Part shown: in pieces, positions 39,786 through 52,559 of the stretch
Numbering within the stretch: the stretch's first letter is position 1
How the letters are laid out: every line of letters begins with the position of its first letter
Assembly (NCBI GenBank): GCA_964016885.1
Contig: OZ024746.1
Span: forward strand, 16,988,001-17,052,000
DNA: 64,000 nucleotides
Direction: 5' to 3'
Origin: Eledone cirrhosa
Taxonomy: Eukaryota
The notes under the pieces: model-generated
What the model was told of the DNA's origin: nothing
Seen by the model: the letters and a program-made list of their open reading frames with translations, nothing else
Databases searched by the model: none
Made by a program: the position numbers and the translations under genes

Positions 39786-40987
39786 GAAAAGTGGTTGATA
39801 TGCTAGAGTTATAGAAACAGTATTTTTACTGCATTAAATAATAATTGCTCAATTTGAAAGGTAGACTTAATCTGTTGTCTTAATGATTTAGAAGAACATA
39901 TCTAGAAATGGGTTTGTTAATTCAGATGTTAGTATTATCTTTACTACACATTGAAAGATATAGTAAATCATATCAATACTAGAACTTTTTTTTTTCAAAT
40001 CTGGTTTATCTAATCTTATTTTATCAATCTCTTTTGTCAGTCTGCTAAGTTACAGGGCATAAACAGACATGGAGGCACACACAGATATAGTATCTGTCTA
40101 CCGAATTTCACTGACAGGGCATTAGTTGAGCCAAGACATTACTTGCCTAAAGTGGCTCTCGGTGGAATTGAACTGAGAACTATAGAGTTATGCCTGCCAC
40201 TCTTTGTATGAAACATTTTTATAGTTGATGGCAAGATGGGTATAACACGTCTTGGCTTCCATATTACACTATATAACCAATTACTTAATAATTAAGTATA
40301 CAATCCTTAGTCAGAATGAAGTGTATTATATCTCAAGATGAGAGGATGAAAAACAAATAGTTTCAGTAAGAACAATTAACACATATCAATTAAATGATAG
40401 CGATAATGACAACAGACATGAAAACATGTGGTCAGATATAGGAACACACCTATTTATAGTAGAGACCACTGTGTTCAGCTTTGTGATTATCCTGGGAAAT
40501 AAACCAACTTTCCATAGCTACTTAGAACACTTTCAAAATGTCAGCAAAGTAAACAATATGCAATAGGTTGGTATTGCTAGTGTCTGCAACAATGTTGCCT
40601 GTTGGATTTTTCTCCTGGGATCTCAATGGAATGTCAATAACGTTCTCTGCTGTCCATTGTAAGACCTACACCAGTCAAATACCAGCAACTACCTATCGGC
40701 TGTTTTACTGTATTTCATTGTCTATCTTTATACCATCCGTGTGTGTGTTTGTCTTTGTCTTATCCCAACTGCATTAATCAACTATTTCTGTCATTTAAAA
40801 GCAAGTATTCCATGTTTTAGTAATCTACTAATTTGTTTCATCATCATCATCATCAACAACGTTATTACAACTTTTATTTTCAGTCAGCTCTGGCATGGGT
40901 TGGACAGTAATTATGGTGGTTTTATATTTCAGCTTCATTTTCATCATCTTACATCCATTTTTACAAATGGATGTAAGATGATGAAAA

Positions 40988-41019
<32 letters not shown>

Positions 41020-41024
41020 ACATA

Positions 41025-41430
41025 GGTGAGATATCCATGTCAGCATATGCTGAAGATGTCACCATGGTGTCGAACACCAAACTCATTCAGATGATTGGCA
41101 CTGCTATTGGGGAATACGAAGTGATAACAGGAGTCAAAGTTAACCAGGAAAAGCCAGTTGGTCTGCAGCTAGGCACCTGGAAAGCAGGTCCATGCCACCC
41201 AACAGCATTGTTGGGCGCTTGAACGGATAGACTGGTTAAATTGCTTTGAGTCTAGTTGGGTCTAGACCTTGAAATGGACAAAAACTGGGATGAGGTAATA
41301 AGCAGGGTGGCCACTCTCGCCCAGAAATGGGCCAAGAGGAAGCTATCCCTGAAAGGTTGGGCAGAAGTGGCAAATGCATACATCACATATGTCTTATACT
41401 ATTGCTTGACTGTCATGCCTTGTCCATGTC
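41025..41430 (+). pseudogene. L1/Tx1-like reverse transcriptase fragment
   Basis: SAYAEDVT (YADD motif), YEVITGVKVNQEK, KNWDEVISRV...WAKRKLSLKG; stops and frameshifts present. Confidence 0.75.
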
Positions 41431-41479
41431 TTGATATGAGCCCTATGTGAAAAATAAAGAAATCATCATTGTCATGCTT

Positions 41480-42135
41480 TTCAGCATATAGTTATGGACC
41501 TTGAGATCCTGAGTTCAAATCTCGCTGAAGTTCACTTTGCCTTTTATCCTTACGGCATTGATAAAATAAAATACCAGTAACTCACTGGTACAAATTTCAT
41601 TGACTTTCCCCTCCCCGCAAATTATTAGCTTTATGCCTAAATCAGAAACCTTTATTCTTTGCCGTTCGCGTATATTACTAAATCAGAAACCTTTATTAAG
41701 AGAGATGGATTGGCAGTATTCTTAGAGCGTCAGGCATGCTTTGCAACATAGAGTTATGGCTCTTTACATTTTGAGTTAAAATCCTGGCGAGGTTAGCTTT
41801 GCCTTTCATCCTCACGAGATACATCAAATAAAGTACCAGTAATACACTGAGGTCAAATTAATCGACTTTCCCCTCATCAAAAATTGTTGGCTGTGTGCCT
41901 AGATTAAAAATCGAGGGCAGTGGATTGGCAGTATTGGTAGAGTATCAGAAATGATTTGTAGCATAGAATTACGGCCCTTTACATTCTCAGTTCAAATTCC
42001 GCCGAGGTTAGCTTTGACTTTCATCCTTATGGGGTCAATAAATAAAGTACCAGTAATGCACTAGGATCGATTTAATCAATTTTCCCCTTCCCTTCAAATT
42101 GCTGGCCTTGTGCCTAAAGTAGAAACAATTATTAT
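41480..42135 (+). mobile_element. Three tandem SINE family A copies
   Basis: GAGTT(C/A)AA..C.CG..GA.GTT..CTTTG.CTTT.ATCCT occurs at about 41510, 41773 and 41988. Confidence 0.85.
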
Positions 42136-42150
42136 TATTATATATATATA

Positions 42151-42870
42151 TCATCATCACCATTTTACGTCCATTCTTCTATGCTAGCATGGGTTTAACG
42201 GGTTCTCCCGTTGTGGACAGTGCCCGGTTGGCTGATCTTGTCTTGCTCATATGGGAACTGATGCCCTTCCTAACAGCAACCTCATTTACAGTGAGTGCTG
42301 GGTGCTTTTCTTCCGTGGCGCCTACACGGCCACTTTACAGTGTAGGCTGGGTGCTTTTTTGCTGTGGCACCTCCACGACCACTTTGCAGTGGGAAGGGGT
42401 GGGGGCATATTGTCTATATGCTTCAGCTTCGGCTTGTACCCGTGGGAAGTCGGATCTTCTGTATTACTGCGTGATGCCAGAGGTTACGGCTGTGTGTCAT
42501 CGCCTTTGAGAGGTGCAATTGGGTAAGGTCGGCTTTTATCACCTCATCCCAGGTTTTCTTCCATTGATTTCTAGTGCTCTGCATCTTTTTATGCAGCTGT
42601 CATCCTTCATACACATCACATGTCCATACCAACGCAACCTCCTCTCCTGCACATGGCATTTGATTCCTCTTATGCTCAGTCTCTCTCTCAATTCGTTTAT
42701 TCTTTGCCATTCGCGTATATTACTATTACACATCCATCGGAGCATGCAAGCTTAATTTTTTTTTAATCTACGCAAGTCTTCTACACACAACGCCCAGGTC
42801 TCACTACCATGTAACATTGCTGTTTGTATGCACGCATCATACAGTCTGCCTTTCATTTTGAGGGAAAAGC
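42151..42870 (-). mobile_element. 5'-truncated RTE LINE (same subfamily as the 13548 copy)
   Basis: ORF 42539-42745 RERLSIRGIKCHVQERRLRWYGHVM; 3' UTR very similar to 13548-13860. Confidence 0.92.
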
Positions 42871-43602
42871 TATATATATATATATAAAACCAAGACAGTG
42901 TAAGGTTGTGAGGATGATTTTAGTTGTGGACTCTATAATGTGCTAGTGATAGTGCCACAATAAAATGCACCCAAAACACCCTGTAAAGTGGAAGTGATGG
43001 AGCCACAATAAAATGTACCCACTGCACTTCAAATGTGGTTGGTGCTAGAAAATATTTTTGAGCCATAAAAACCAAACTGAAAATTGAACATTTAAGTGAG
43101 ATGAAGTTCTCCAACCCATTGATGCTCAAACCAAGATAACTTGTCCAACCAATACAAGTATGGAAAGTGTTGTGTTGATTAAAATGATAAATTTCAGTAT
43201 TACATCGTTATATTATAGGTCAGCTTAAAATAGACAAAGCTTTAAGCTACAATACCTGTAGATAAACTCCATATGTCATTAACTGATGTAACTATGGATA
43301 TAAATATATAAAAAAAACATTGTAATATTCAGTATTTTAAAACAAAAGATTATTTAAAAATCCTGGTTTTAGAATATTTTCTTAAAGTATGAGGTCAACC
43401 AGATGTATGAGCTCTGATATAGAATTGATAAAGAATATTGGAAAACAAATATTTTTTGAATATTCTATTACAATCTCACTCTCGCTCTCATAAATTATTA
43501 ATGTATGCATTTGTTATGTTTATTAGTTATGGTATACATATAAACGCATATGTGAATATGCATGTCCTATGATTCTCTCTCTATATATATATGTGTGTGT
43601 GT

Positions 43603-43795
43603 CATCATCATCATCATCATCATTTCATTTTAATTCCGCTTTTCCCTGCTTGCAAGGGTGGGACGGGAACTGATTCTGGCTCGATTTCTACAGCTGGATG
43701 CCCTCCTTCCTAACACCAACCTCATTTACAGTGAGTGCTGGGTGCTATTTTTTCCGTGGCGCCTACACGTCCACTCTACAGTGGAATGATAGAGA
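43603..43795 (-). mobile_element. SINE family B 3' half
   Basis: CCGCTTTTCCCTGCTTGCAAGGGTGGGACGGGAACTGATTCTGGC is the reverse complement of the 18758/50009 tail. Confidence 0.87.
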
Positions 43796-44469
43796 CATAT
43801 ATGTATAAGCACATACACACACTCATATTTATATACTTATTTTAGTATATACATAGATTACACACACACACAGACCCATATGTGTGTGTGTGTGTGTGTG
43901 TGTTAGGTGTGTAACCACAGACAGACACACACACACATATAAATTAATGAGTCTTACGGGAGAAGACTTGTCCTACTTCCATATTTGTGTCAATGTTTTG
44001 TTGGCATCATTTTTGAGGGTGTATTTTTGATATGGTAATATATGAATATATGTGTGTATATCATTTAATGTCTGTTTTTCAATGCTGGCATGGGTTGGAC
44101 AGGCCATCATAAACCAAGTCAGTACTTGCCAGGGGCCACAGCTCACATATGTTTACTGAATGTACTGGGTGCATTCTGTGGCACCAGTACTAGGGAGGTT
44201 GCTGTGCCCTTCACACAACTGAAGAGTCCTCTCAAACATGTTTGGCTGGATGCTCTTCCTGATGCCAACTACCTTACAGCATGTAGAGAGTGCATTTTAT
44301 TGTGGCACCAGCACTAGGGAGATTATCAGCCACTGATTCAACAGAAGAGTCATCTCTACACTATGAAGTGGAGGTGCCTAGTCCCCAAAACTAGCGTGAT
44401 AATAGGAAGAGATTTGGTAAAAGGATTTTGGTTGTATAATCATACATACATGTATATATAAATATTCAT

Positions 44470-45560
44470 ATCTTCTTCACCCCTTTATTCCTGGGAGTGT
44501 TGCGGGGGCAGAGTCCGCAATCATACCTTCCAGAAACAACTGTCTTAAATTGAGACCAGTCAAGTGCATGGATGTTATCCAACCATCTTGCTCAGTGTCT
44601 ACCCCTGGGTCTCCTGCTAGATGGTTTTGCTTGTAAAATCTGTTCAGTGATTCTTTCCTGAGACATTCTAACCACGTGTGTAGTATCGTAGCTATGATCT
44701 CTCAATTCAGAGAAGTAACAGCTCTACCTGGAGCGATTCTCTGATCTCTACTGAGTAATATTACCCCAAAGACCCTTTGGAGGAACCCCATTTCGGCTGC
44801 TTGTATTCATGATTGTATTCTTTTGGTCATGACCATAAATAAGGGTTGGCACAAATTGAAGATAACGAGTTTGGCTTTTACACTTACCTCTTTTCTTCTG
44901 ATAACCAAATGCTAAAGCTGATGTACTACTGCACAAGCTCCTGCAATTCTTGCACTTCATTCTGCCTCCTGCCTTCCATTGTGATCACGGTCCCAAAACA
45001 CTTGGACTCCACCTGCTTCAGTGGACCTCCAATCACATGTTGAGTGCTTTGTGCAAGCTTTCTCTTGAGGACGAATCAATCTTCATAACACTGATTTTTA
45101 TTCCTGATGTGCAGTACTTGACAACAAACCTATCGGGTGCATGTTGGAGATCACCTTCTGTCGAGTTAATACCATATTGTCTGCAAATTCCAGCCAACAG
45201 ATCCTATACCTGCTTGTCGTGATACCATTTCTAACCCAGCTGCACATATCAATCTTGTCCAGGTATATTATGAATAGAAGTGACCGTATGTATCCATGGC
45301 AGAGTCTGACACCCACATTAAATGGTTTCAATTTAGCACCATTTAGGTAGGGAATTTGTATAGAGATATCAAGGCAATAAGAAACTGTCCATCAATCTCA
45401 TACTCCTGCAGAACCTTCTACAACAGGTCTCGTCGAATGAGGTCAAATGCCTTTTTGAGGTCTACAAAGCAAGCATACACCTCTTGCAATACTCCCATGA
45501 TTTGTCAAAGACCCGTCGCATTGTAAATAGTTAGGCACTTGTGTTGCATCTGGGGCAAAA
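44470..45560 (-). mobile_element. Decayed RTE-like LINE RT fragment (second family)
   Basis: Minus-strand translation gives VYACFVDLKKAFDLIRRD, LLFIIYLDKID and EFADNMVL (FADD motif), with many stops. Confidence 0.85.
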
Positions 45561-45589
45561 ACCATGCTATCCATCAGCTAGCTTGGACT

Positions 45590-45852
45590 CAGCAATCTCT
45601 ACCCAAGTCCTTACACCACCACTTGCACCAACCCCCAGTCAACTCTGTAAAGTGGTTGTGTAGGTGTCATGACAAAAATCACCCAGTACACACTGTAAAT
45701 GTGGTTGACGTTAGGAAAGGCATCCAGGCATAGAAACCAGACCAGAAACAGTTCTGTATGAGCAAGACACGGTCACCTGGCATTACTTGTCTCACCCATG
45801 CTAGCATGGGTGAGACAAGTAATGCCAAGTGTGTTAAACGATGGTGATGATA
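45590..45852 (+). mobile_element. SINE/RTE 3' module containing a 50-bp perfect palindrome
   Basis: TTAGGAAAGGCATCCAGGCATAGAAA module; palindrome at 45778-45827; (ATG)n tail. Confidence 0.75.
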
Positions 45853-47944
45853 TATATTTTCATTATATGAACAGTTACAAGTGAATGTATGTGGAGAAAA
45901 CGTTGAATAGAAGGAAATTACAGAGAGTTCGAATTCTTTTTTATTTATCCCTCATATTTGTTGGAATGTTTTGAAGGTATATTTTTGATATAGTTTCGTA
46001 AAGTTAACTATGGCAGCGTATATACGCAAATTAAGTACATCTTGTTCTTTTTACAGAAATAGGAATTGTGTTTTGCTGTTTAGATTTCGGTTTTTGATAA
46101 ATTGCATTTTCTCTTTAATGGAACCCCAAAATAGGAGTATGCTTCAACCATTTTTTGGTGGTGTTATTGATTTAGATGGTGAGAAACACACGTTTATAAG
46201 TTTTCTTTGTCTTAGAATACCTCTTTCATAGAGAAACAACAGATATTAGTGTCGCAAAGTTCCGGGATTTTCTTGATTGTTTTAATTTAAGATGTAGACA
46301 AATATATAATATAATAGTTGTCTCCTAAAGTAACGACTGTCTTCTGTATCTGTGACTGTTTCTTGTCAGTAAATAGAACATTATACACGTATTAACTAGC
46401 TGAAGGAAGGTGGAAACCCGAAGCAATACCATAATAACACACATACAGCGGTGTGTAAACATAGTGGTCAGGATAAATGATACTGACTCTAATTATCTTG
46501 CTCCTCTAGTAGAAGGCCAAACTGTTCTTTTTTTGCTCTGATTCTAATGTATGCTTCTGCTGCTAACTAGCTTTAATTCTCTTTCTCTCCACTCTGTCTC
46601 TGTTGATACTGATTCTCTGACTAATTCTCTCTCTTCTTCGCACTCCCTCTCCTTGTCGGCCTCATTGAAATATTTCTAGAGAAAGATATCTTTCAGTCTA
46701 CCTCCAGCAACAGAGCACTACGCTAGTAAGGGTTTTTGTCCCGTATGGAATTTTTTTTTTTTATTCTGGGGGGGTTTTCATTCATAGTAATTAATCCTAC
46801 ATAATCCTCATTATGTCCGGGTCTTAAGGATGGAGTTTACATATACAACCGGACACATTAGCGTAATGTGACTCTCCAGTTGATTACCAGTTCTTTCAGT
46901 TATTGTATCTCTTTTCTGGGATTACCACACCACGTTGATTATTATTACTTTTTTTTTTCGAATACCTCTTACGTTAACAATCCTATCGGCCTCTTTACCA
47001 ATTTACCAAAGAGAGCAGTATTTATTATTATATATATACACACATCATACATATACGCATACTCATATATATATATATTATTTATTGTTAAATTCGCCAT
47101 AATGCGGTCCCTTTTTGCAACCAATGTAAGTATTATTGTTGTTATCATCACTTCACTCCCGCTGTTATTGTTTGGCCAGCACCATTCTGCTATTTCATTT
47201 TCGCTACAGATCTAACCAAAAGTTTTCCATCGTTCTATATTTACCAACTGTTTATTATTGAAAGTTAGTGAAACAAACTAAAAGCGATCTGAAAAAACTT
47301 TTATATGTTCTCTAGTTTATTTTTTGTGATAACCGTAACACTTGGAATGTCACAGGAAATATTTACTCTGATTTCTCCTCACCCAAAGCCGATAAATCTT
47401 TCGCCTTTTACTGAGATTATTAATAATTCTTTTCTGACCAGATAAATTATGTTGTTATAAGTAACAGTAGGGAAAGTTCCTTAAGTTTTCGTCAATATCT
47501 AAAAACGTTCAAAGAAACTTTTTACGCACTTAGATGATGGAAGAAGTGCTTCTAATGAGCAATATGTTTTTTTACTAGCCAAACTAACATTTATTTGGTA
47601 ATCCCTAAGTATCGTCTTTTAAAAGGTACAAGGTGACATTTTACCAATTATTTGGATTTAAATCATTAATTTTTTTCTTTCAGAATTAATTTAATTGTCG
47701 AAAAAGTAACAATGTTGGATGTATTAAAATTTTCCCTTTAAATTAGCTGTACTTGAAACGGGAGTTAATAACTTTTAGGTTTTGAAGACAAAACTTCAAA
47801 ATAGTTAAACCTCCCAGCCATGTAATAAAAAACCTTAAGTAGATAATCCACCATAATAACACGCCACGTGTGTGTGTGTGTGTGTATTTATGTATGTGTA
47901 TGTATTTATGCATGTATATGTGTATGTATATATATATATAATTT

Positions 47945-48122
47945 AGAAATGGCTTCTACATGACTAGAACTGTTTCATTCGAAGGAAATTATTATCCTAA
48001 TGATTTCCTTCGAATAGAACAGTTCTAGTCCTGTAGAAACCATATATTAAATATTGTATATACACTACTATGTATTGAGTACCTTACTGTGGTTACCCCC
48101 GATTGAACCTGGGACACACACA
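47945..48122 (+). mobile_element. Short PLE-like fold-back element (intact copy)
   Basis: Imperfect inverted repeat with arms of about 45 bp (47949-48043), then the tail TATGTATTGAGTACCTTACTGTGGTTACCCCCGATTGAACCTGGGA. Flanked by microsatellites. Confidence 0.7.
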
Positions 48123-49769
48123 TATAGATACACAAACATGTGTGTAAGTCTTTAAAATGTCCACACACACAATACATGTCTTATCTCAGTCATGTTGCTG
48201 CAATAACCAGTTTACTTTCCAATCGGAAGGTTCTAACCCTACATTTGTCCCTGTAAATAGTTTTCTCTCCACTACATTTAATAATCTGTCATACACATGC
48301 TGAATATTTACGAATCCTAGATAGGAATTATTAAAATATTATTCTTATCTTTAACCACTTCTACGTGCCAGCAATCAACATAAACTATAGGGTCTCTCTT
48401 ATGCAAACCATTAATTTATCACAAATTTCAGTTTGTATGATTGTTTATATCAATGACGGTGCTCCAACATGGCCCCCAGCCTGTCGGTTGGAACACGTCA
48501 TAGAGTAATATCCAGTAGTGCTGGTATATAGATCTTTGTATTTACTACCTGGTATATGTGTATGTGATGTATTAGAACCAAAATTCAGCTCTGAGAAAAC
48601 TTCAGTCAACTTTTAAAAACAGTTCGATCTTAGAGCAAACCAGAATATATTTGAAACTCGTCTATATTATTCGGAATTTCTTTAGACTAAATATACCTTT
48701 TAGTATATTCCACTCACCTTAAACACGCGCCTTTATCGCTACCCACCTCTTACCTATTTTAAACACGTGTTTTCATCACCCTTCACCCCCGCATGTATTA
48801 ATATATTTACAGAAGCCAAATCATCTCTGAGTAATAATTATATAATGAAGTTTTCTATCACGACCCAGTAATTCGATTGGATATTTGATATCGATGTATG
48901 TACATACACTCATCCTTTCTTCCTTACATGTCTTTATTGATGCTCCTAGCATAACTTTTTTATATATCATCCTGTCGATGAATTATTCCATTACGATCTA
49001 TAAATAGTCCAAATGAAGTGGGAGAACTTCTACGTACTCGCTTGACTTGCTAGAAATAGCAGCTAAATTTATTTCAAATCACACCATAGTCGTTAAAGCA
49101 GACACATTAGATAATGTAATCTTAGAGATAGAGAGCCTTTAAAATCCCTTTGAACTCGTGCCATCAAGTAGTCTCTATGTGATTGTTCGAACTGCTAAAA
49201 ATAGCTGACAAATTTCCAAGTTAAACCATACAGTTTTAAAAAGGAAAGAATCTTTGAGCTTAACCTGAGCTACAATATGCCTAAAAACAACGAGGTGATG
49301 AGCATGACTAAATCGTCATTGATTTGCTTAATTAGAGCTATCCCCAGGCTAAACACCACCAGCACCACCAACAACAACGTAATTAATTAACTCTTGTCAT
49401 CAACAAGAACCTGGTTAAAGTTGAGTCAACACAGAATGTTTAAACATTAAAATTTATTTCTAAATGTCTTTCAGACACACACATATGTGTGTATGCAATA
49501 TACAACCTAACATTTGTCGTTCATTGCTCGTAAAATCTATGAGCGTATAATTTCTTTTACAAATATAGGTAGATATTATGTCATTTGTGAACGATCAAAG
49601 AATATAACAATCGATGTCTGCCTGGTGTAGGTGAAATACTTCACCTGAAAACGATCAAAGACTATCGATCGATATTCAGTATAAATAAACACGACACACA
49701 GACACAAGGAATGAGTTGGCTGATCTCTATTTTGAAAATGGATATAAATAAATGTGAATTGAAATATGA

Positions 49770-49806
49770 CACCTGAAGATGATCGGAGAAAATGGTGATC
49801 GAAACA
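49770..49806 (+). ncRNA. Partial hammerhead-like core
   Basis: CTGAAGA-T-GATC[12 nt]GATC-GAAAC; stems I and III are not evident. Confidence 0.3.
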
Positions 49807-49957
49807 CAATATAGCTACAAGCACATGTTTCTCAAGCTATTAATTTCATATTAGCCTATAGTTATAACTAGTATCAGATATACGAACAAACAATAAACAT
49901 GAAGCCTAGACACACTCAGACATCTCGTGGTGACTGCTTGCACTGTGTGTGTGTGTG

Positions 49958-50008
<51 letters not shown>

Positions 50009-50336
50009 GGAGGCACATGTCTTAGTGGTTAGAGCCTTGCAATCGAAAGGTTGTGAGTTCAATTCTCAGACCGGGTGATGTGTTGTTTCCTTGAACAAGA
50101 CACTTTATTTCACATTGCTCCAGTTTACTCAGCTGTAGAAATGAGATGATAGGGACTGGGGTCCATATCATTCCACTGCAAAGTGGTCGTGGAGGTGCCA
50201 CGGCAGAAAAGCACCCAGCACTCTCTGTAAATGAGGTTGGTGTTAGGAAGGGCATCCAGCTGTAGAAATCAAGCCAGAATCAGTTCCCGTCCCACCCTTG
50301 CAAGCAGGGAAAAAGCGGACGTAAAATGAAATGAAT
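50009..50336 (+). mobile_element. Full-length SINE family B copy
   Basis: Near-identical to 18758-19100; inserted next to (TA)n. Confidence 0.9.
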
Positions 50337-51144
50337 CTAGACAGGTACACATATATGTGTGTGTGTTTACATACAATAATATATAAACATACATATGTGG
50401 CATTTTCTATATAAACATTTTGCAAGTTTTGCCTGTCACGAATGAGTACTGAAAGAAAACGGATTTAAAAAAAAATTAAACACTGGAAAATATATAATTT
50501 TTTCTACATTTGGCACAAGGCCAGCAATTATCCCAGTGTATTACTGGAAAATATATAATATATTGCAGTGATAAAATACAACTATCATCGATATCAATGT
50601 ATATAGAAAGTGAGAAAGGGGTATAGAGAAAGAATCGGGGCCCCAGTACTAGTCAGCTTCTGCAACGAACCATACACACATATATATATATATTCACAGT
50701 ATACTTATGTCCAGGCTAAATCAAATTTCATATTGACCCAGATTATATTACTCTCTGTCTTGGCTAAGTTGTTTTATGAAACTTTAGTGAAATAACATAA
50801 AGTACTGGAAGGAAGTAGGATGATCACAAGAATGGTTATATTGTTGAAAGTCAAGTACACAATAGTAGTGTATACTGTTATGACTTGAAATAGAGGCTTG
50901 CTAAAGCATGTAGAAGAGGGGAAATATTCTCTATTTCTTCTGAGCGCACAGCATACCAGTCTAGATATTTGATGTTACCTTAGTATTCCAGTTGTCCGAG
51001 GAACTGAAAAGTTTGGTCTTTGAAATATTGTGTATTTGGTTGACACTGTGTGACAGGTAAAGTCCACCCAGCAAGTTTCCACAATTTCCTCTAGCGAATA
51101 ATTTCACTCATGTCTTAACCCATACATATAATATATATATAGAG

Positions 51145-52468
51145 AGGCATGGAAAGACTGGAAAAATGTGGGTAACAGAGACTGGTACTAGATAGCTAAG
51201 AAAGAAACTAGATGACGGGTAAACACAGCTTGGAAAGAGGCTGAATTAGGAAAGTTTGTCAACGTCCTGTGACGTGAGGATCAGAGACGCAAAGTGTTCC
51301 CCAACCTACCCAACTGAAGGACCAGCTATTGAAGTTGACAGTAATAGGATCAAAGAAGCAATCAAAGAGATGAAGAATGGTAAAGCTGCAGGACAATCAG
51401 AGAAGTAGGAGTCAAACTAGTCACCCGCAAAGTCAATCAGATAATTCAGGATGGTGTCATACCCAATGACTGACACAACAGTACAATCATAAATTGCTAC
51501 AAGGGCAAAGGTGATGCTCTAGAAAGGTGCAACTATAGAGGAATAAAACTAATGGACCAAGAAAGTTATGAAAGTGAGGGAAAGAGATGCAGTTTGGTGT
51601 CATGCCTAGGAAAAGTACTACAGATACCTTCTTTTTAATGAGGCAACTACAAGAGAAGTTCCTAGCCAAAAATAATTCAAGGTACAAGTAGGAGTTTAAT
51701 AGGGTTCAGTTCTTAGCCCACTACTATTCATTATATTTCTCCAGGCTATAATAGAGTAGTTTAAGACCAGCTGCCCGTGAGAACTTCTCTATGCAGATGT
51801 CCTTATAGCTGCATCCATGAAAGAACCAGAAAATAAGTTCTGACTATGGAAACGGAATTTAGAATCAAAAGGTCTGAGAGTAAACTTAGCCAAAACTAAA
51901 GTGCTAGTGAGTAGGAGAAAAGTTCCCTGCTCAATATGTAGAAAGGTAGTAGGCATAAACTCCATACAATGTACACAATGTAAATCTTGTGTACACAAGA
52001 GATGTAGTGGGATAACAGGGAGGCAAGATTTTCTATGTAGAAGATGCACAGGGGTAGCTGAGGGTGATGTAAACTTATTCCAGTCACAGGGAGAGCCCAT
52101 AGAAGTGATTGATAGCTTCTACTATCTTGGCACCTTAATTAGCAAAGAAGGGGGATGCTCTGAGAGTATAATAGCTAGAATAAGGATGGGATGGAAAAAG
52201 TTCAGTGAGCTACTCCCATTGTTGACCACAAAAGGTTTCTCCCTATGTACAAAAGGGCAACTGTATGATGCCTGTGGGTGAAGAAGTACCAGGAAATCCT
52301 AGTGGAAGGAAGCTGCAGTAGAGATAGACCAAGAAAGACCTAAGCAAAGGACCTCAAATCACTGAAACTCATAGAGAAAATGACGAAGGAACAAGTGGAG
52401 GGATGCTGGGATGAGAATAACCTATCCAACCCATGCAAACATGGAAAAACAGATGTAAAAATGATATA
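51145..52468 (+). mobile_element. Internally deleted RTE LINE (RT core, Cys-rich insert, 3' tail)
   Basis: EAIKEMKNGKAAG, YKGKGDALERCNYRGIKLMD, GSVLSPLLFII, ELLYADVL, ORF 51901-52281, tail CCAACCCATGCAAACATGGAAAA. Confidence 0.9.
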
Positions 52469-52559
52469 TATATCATCACCATTTAACGTCCACTTTTCCG
52501 CACTAGCATGGGTTAGACGAGTTGTCCAGATGTGAGCTAAGATATATATATATAATCAG

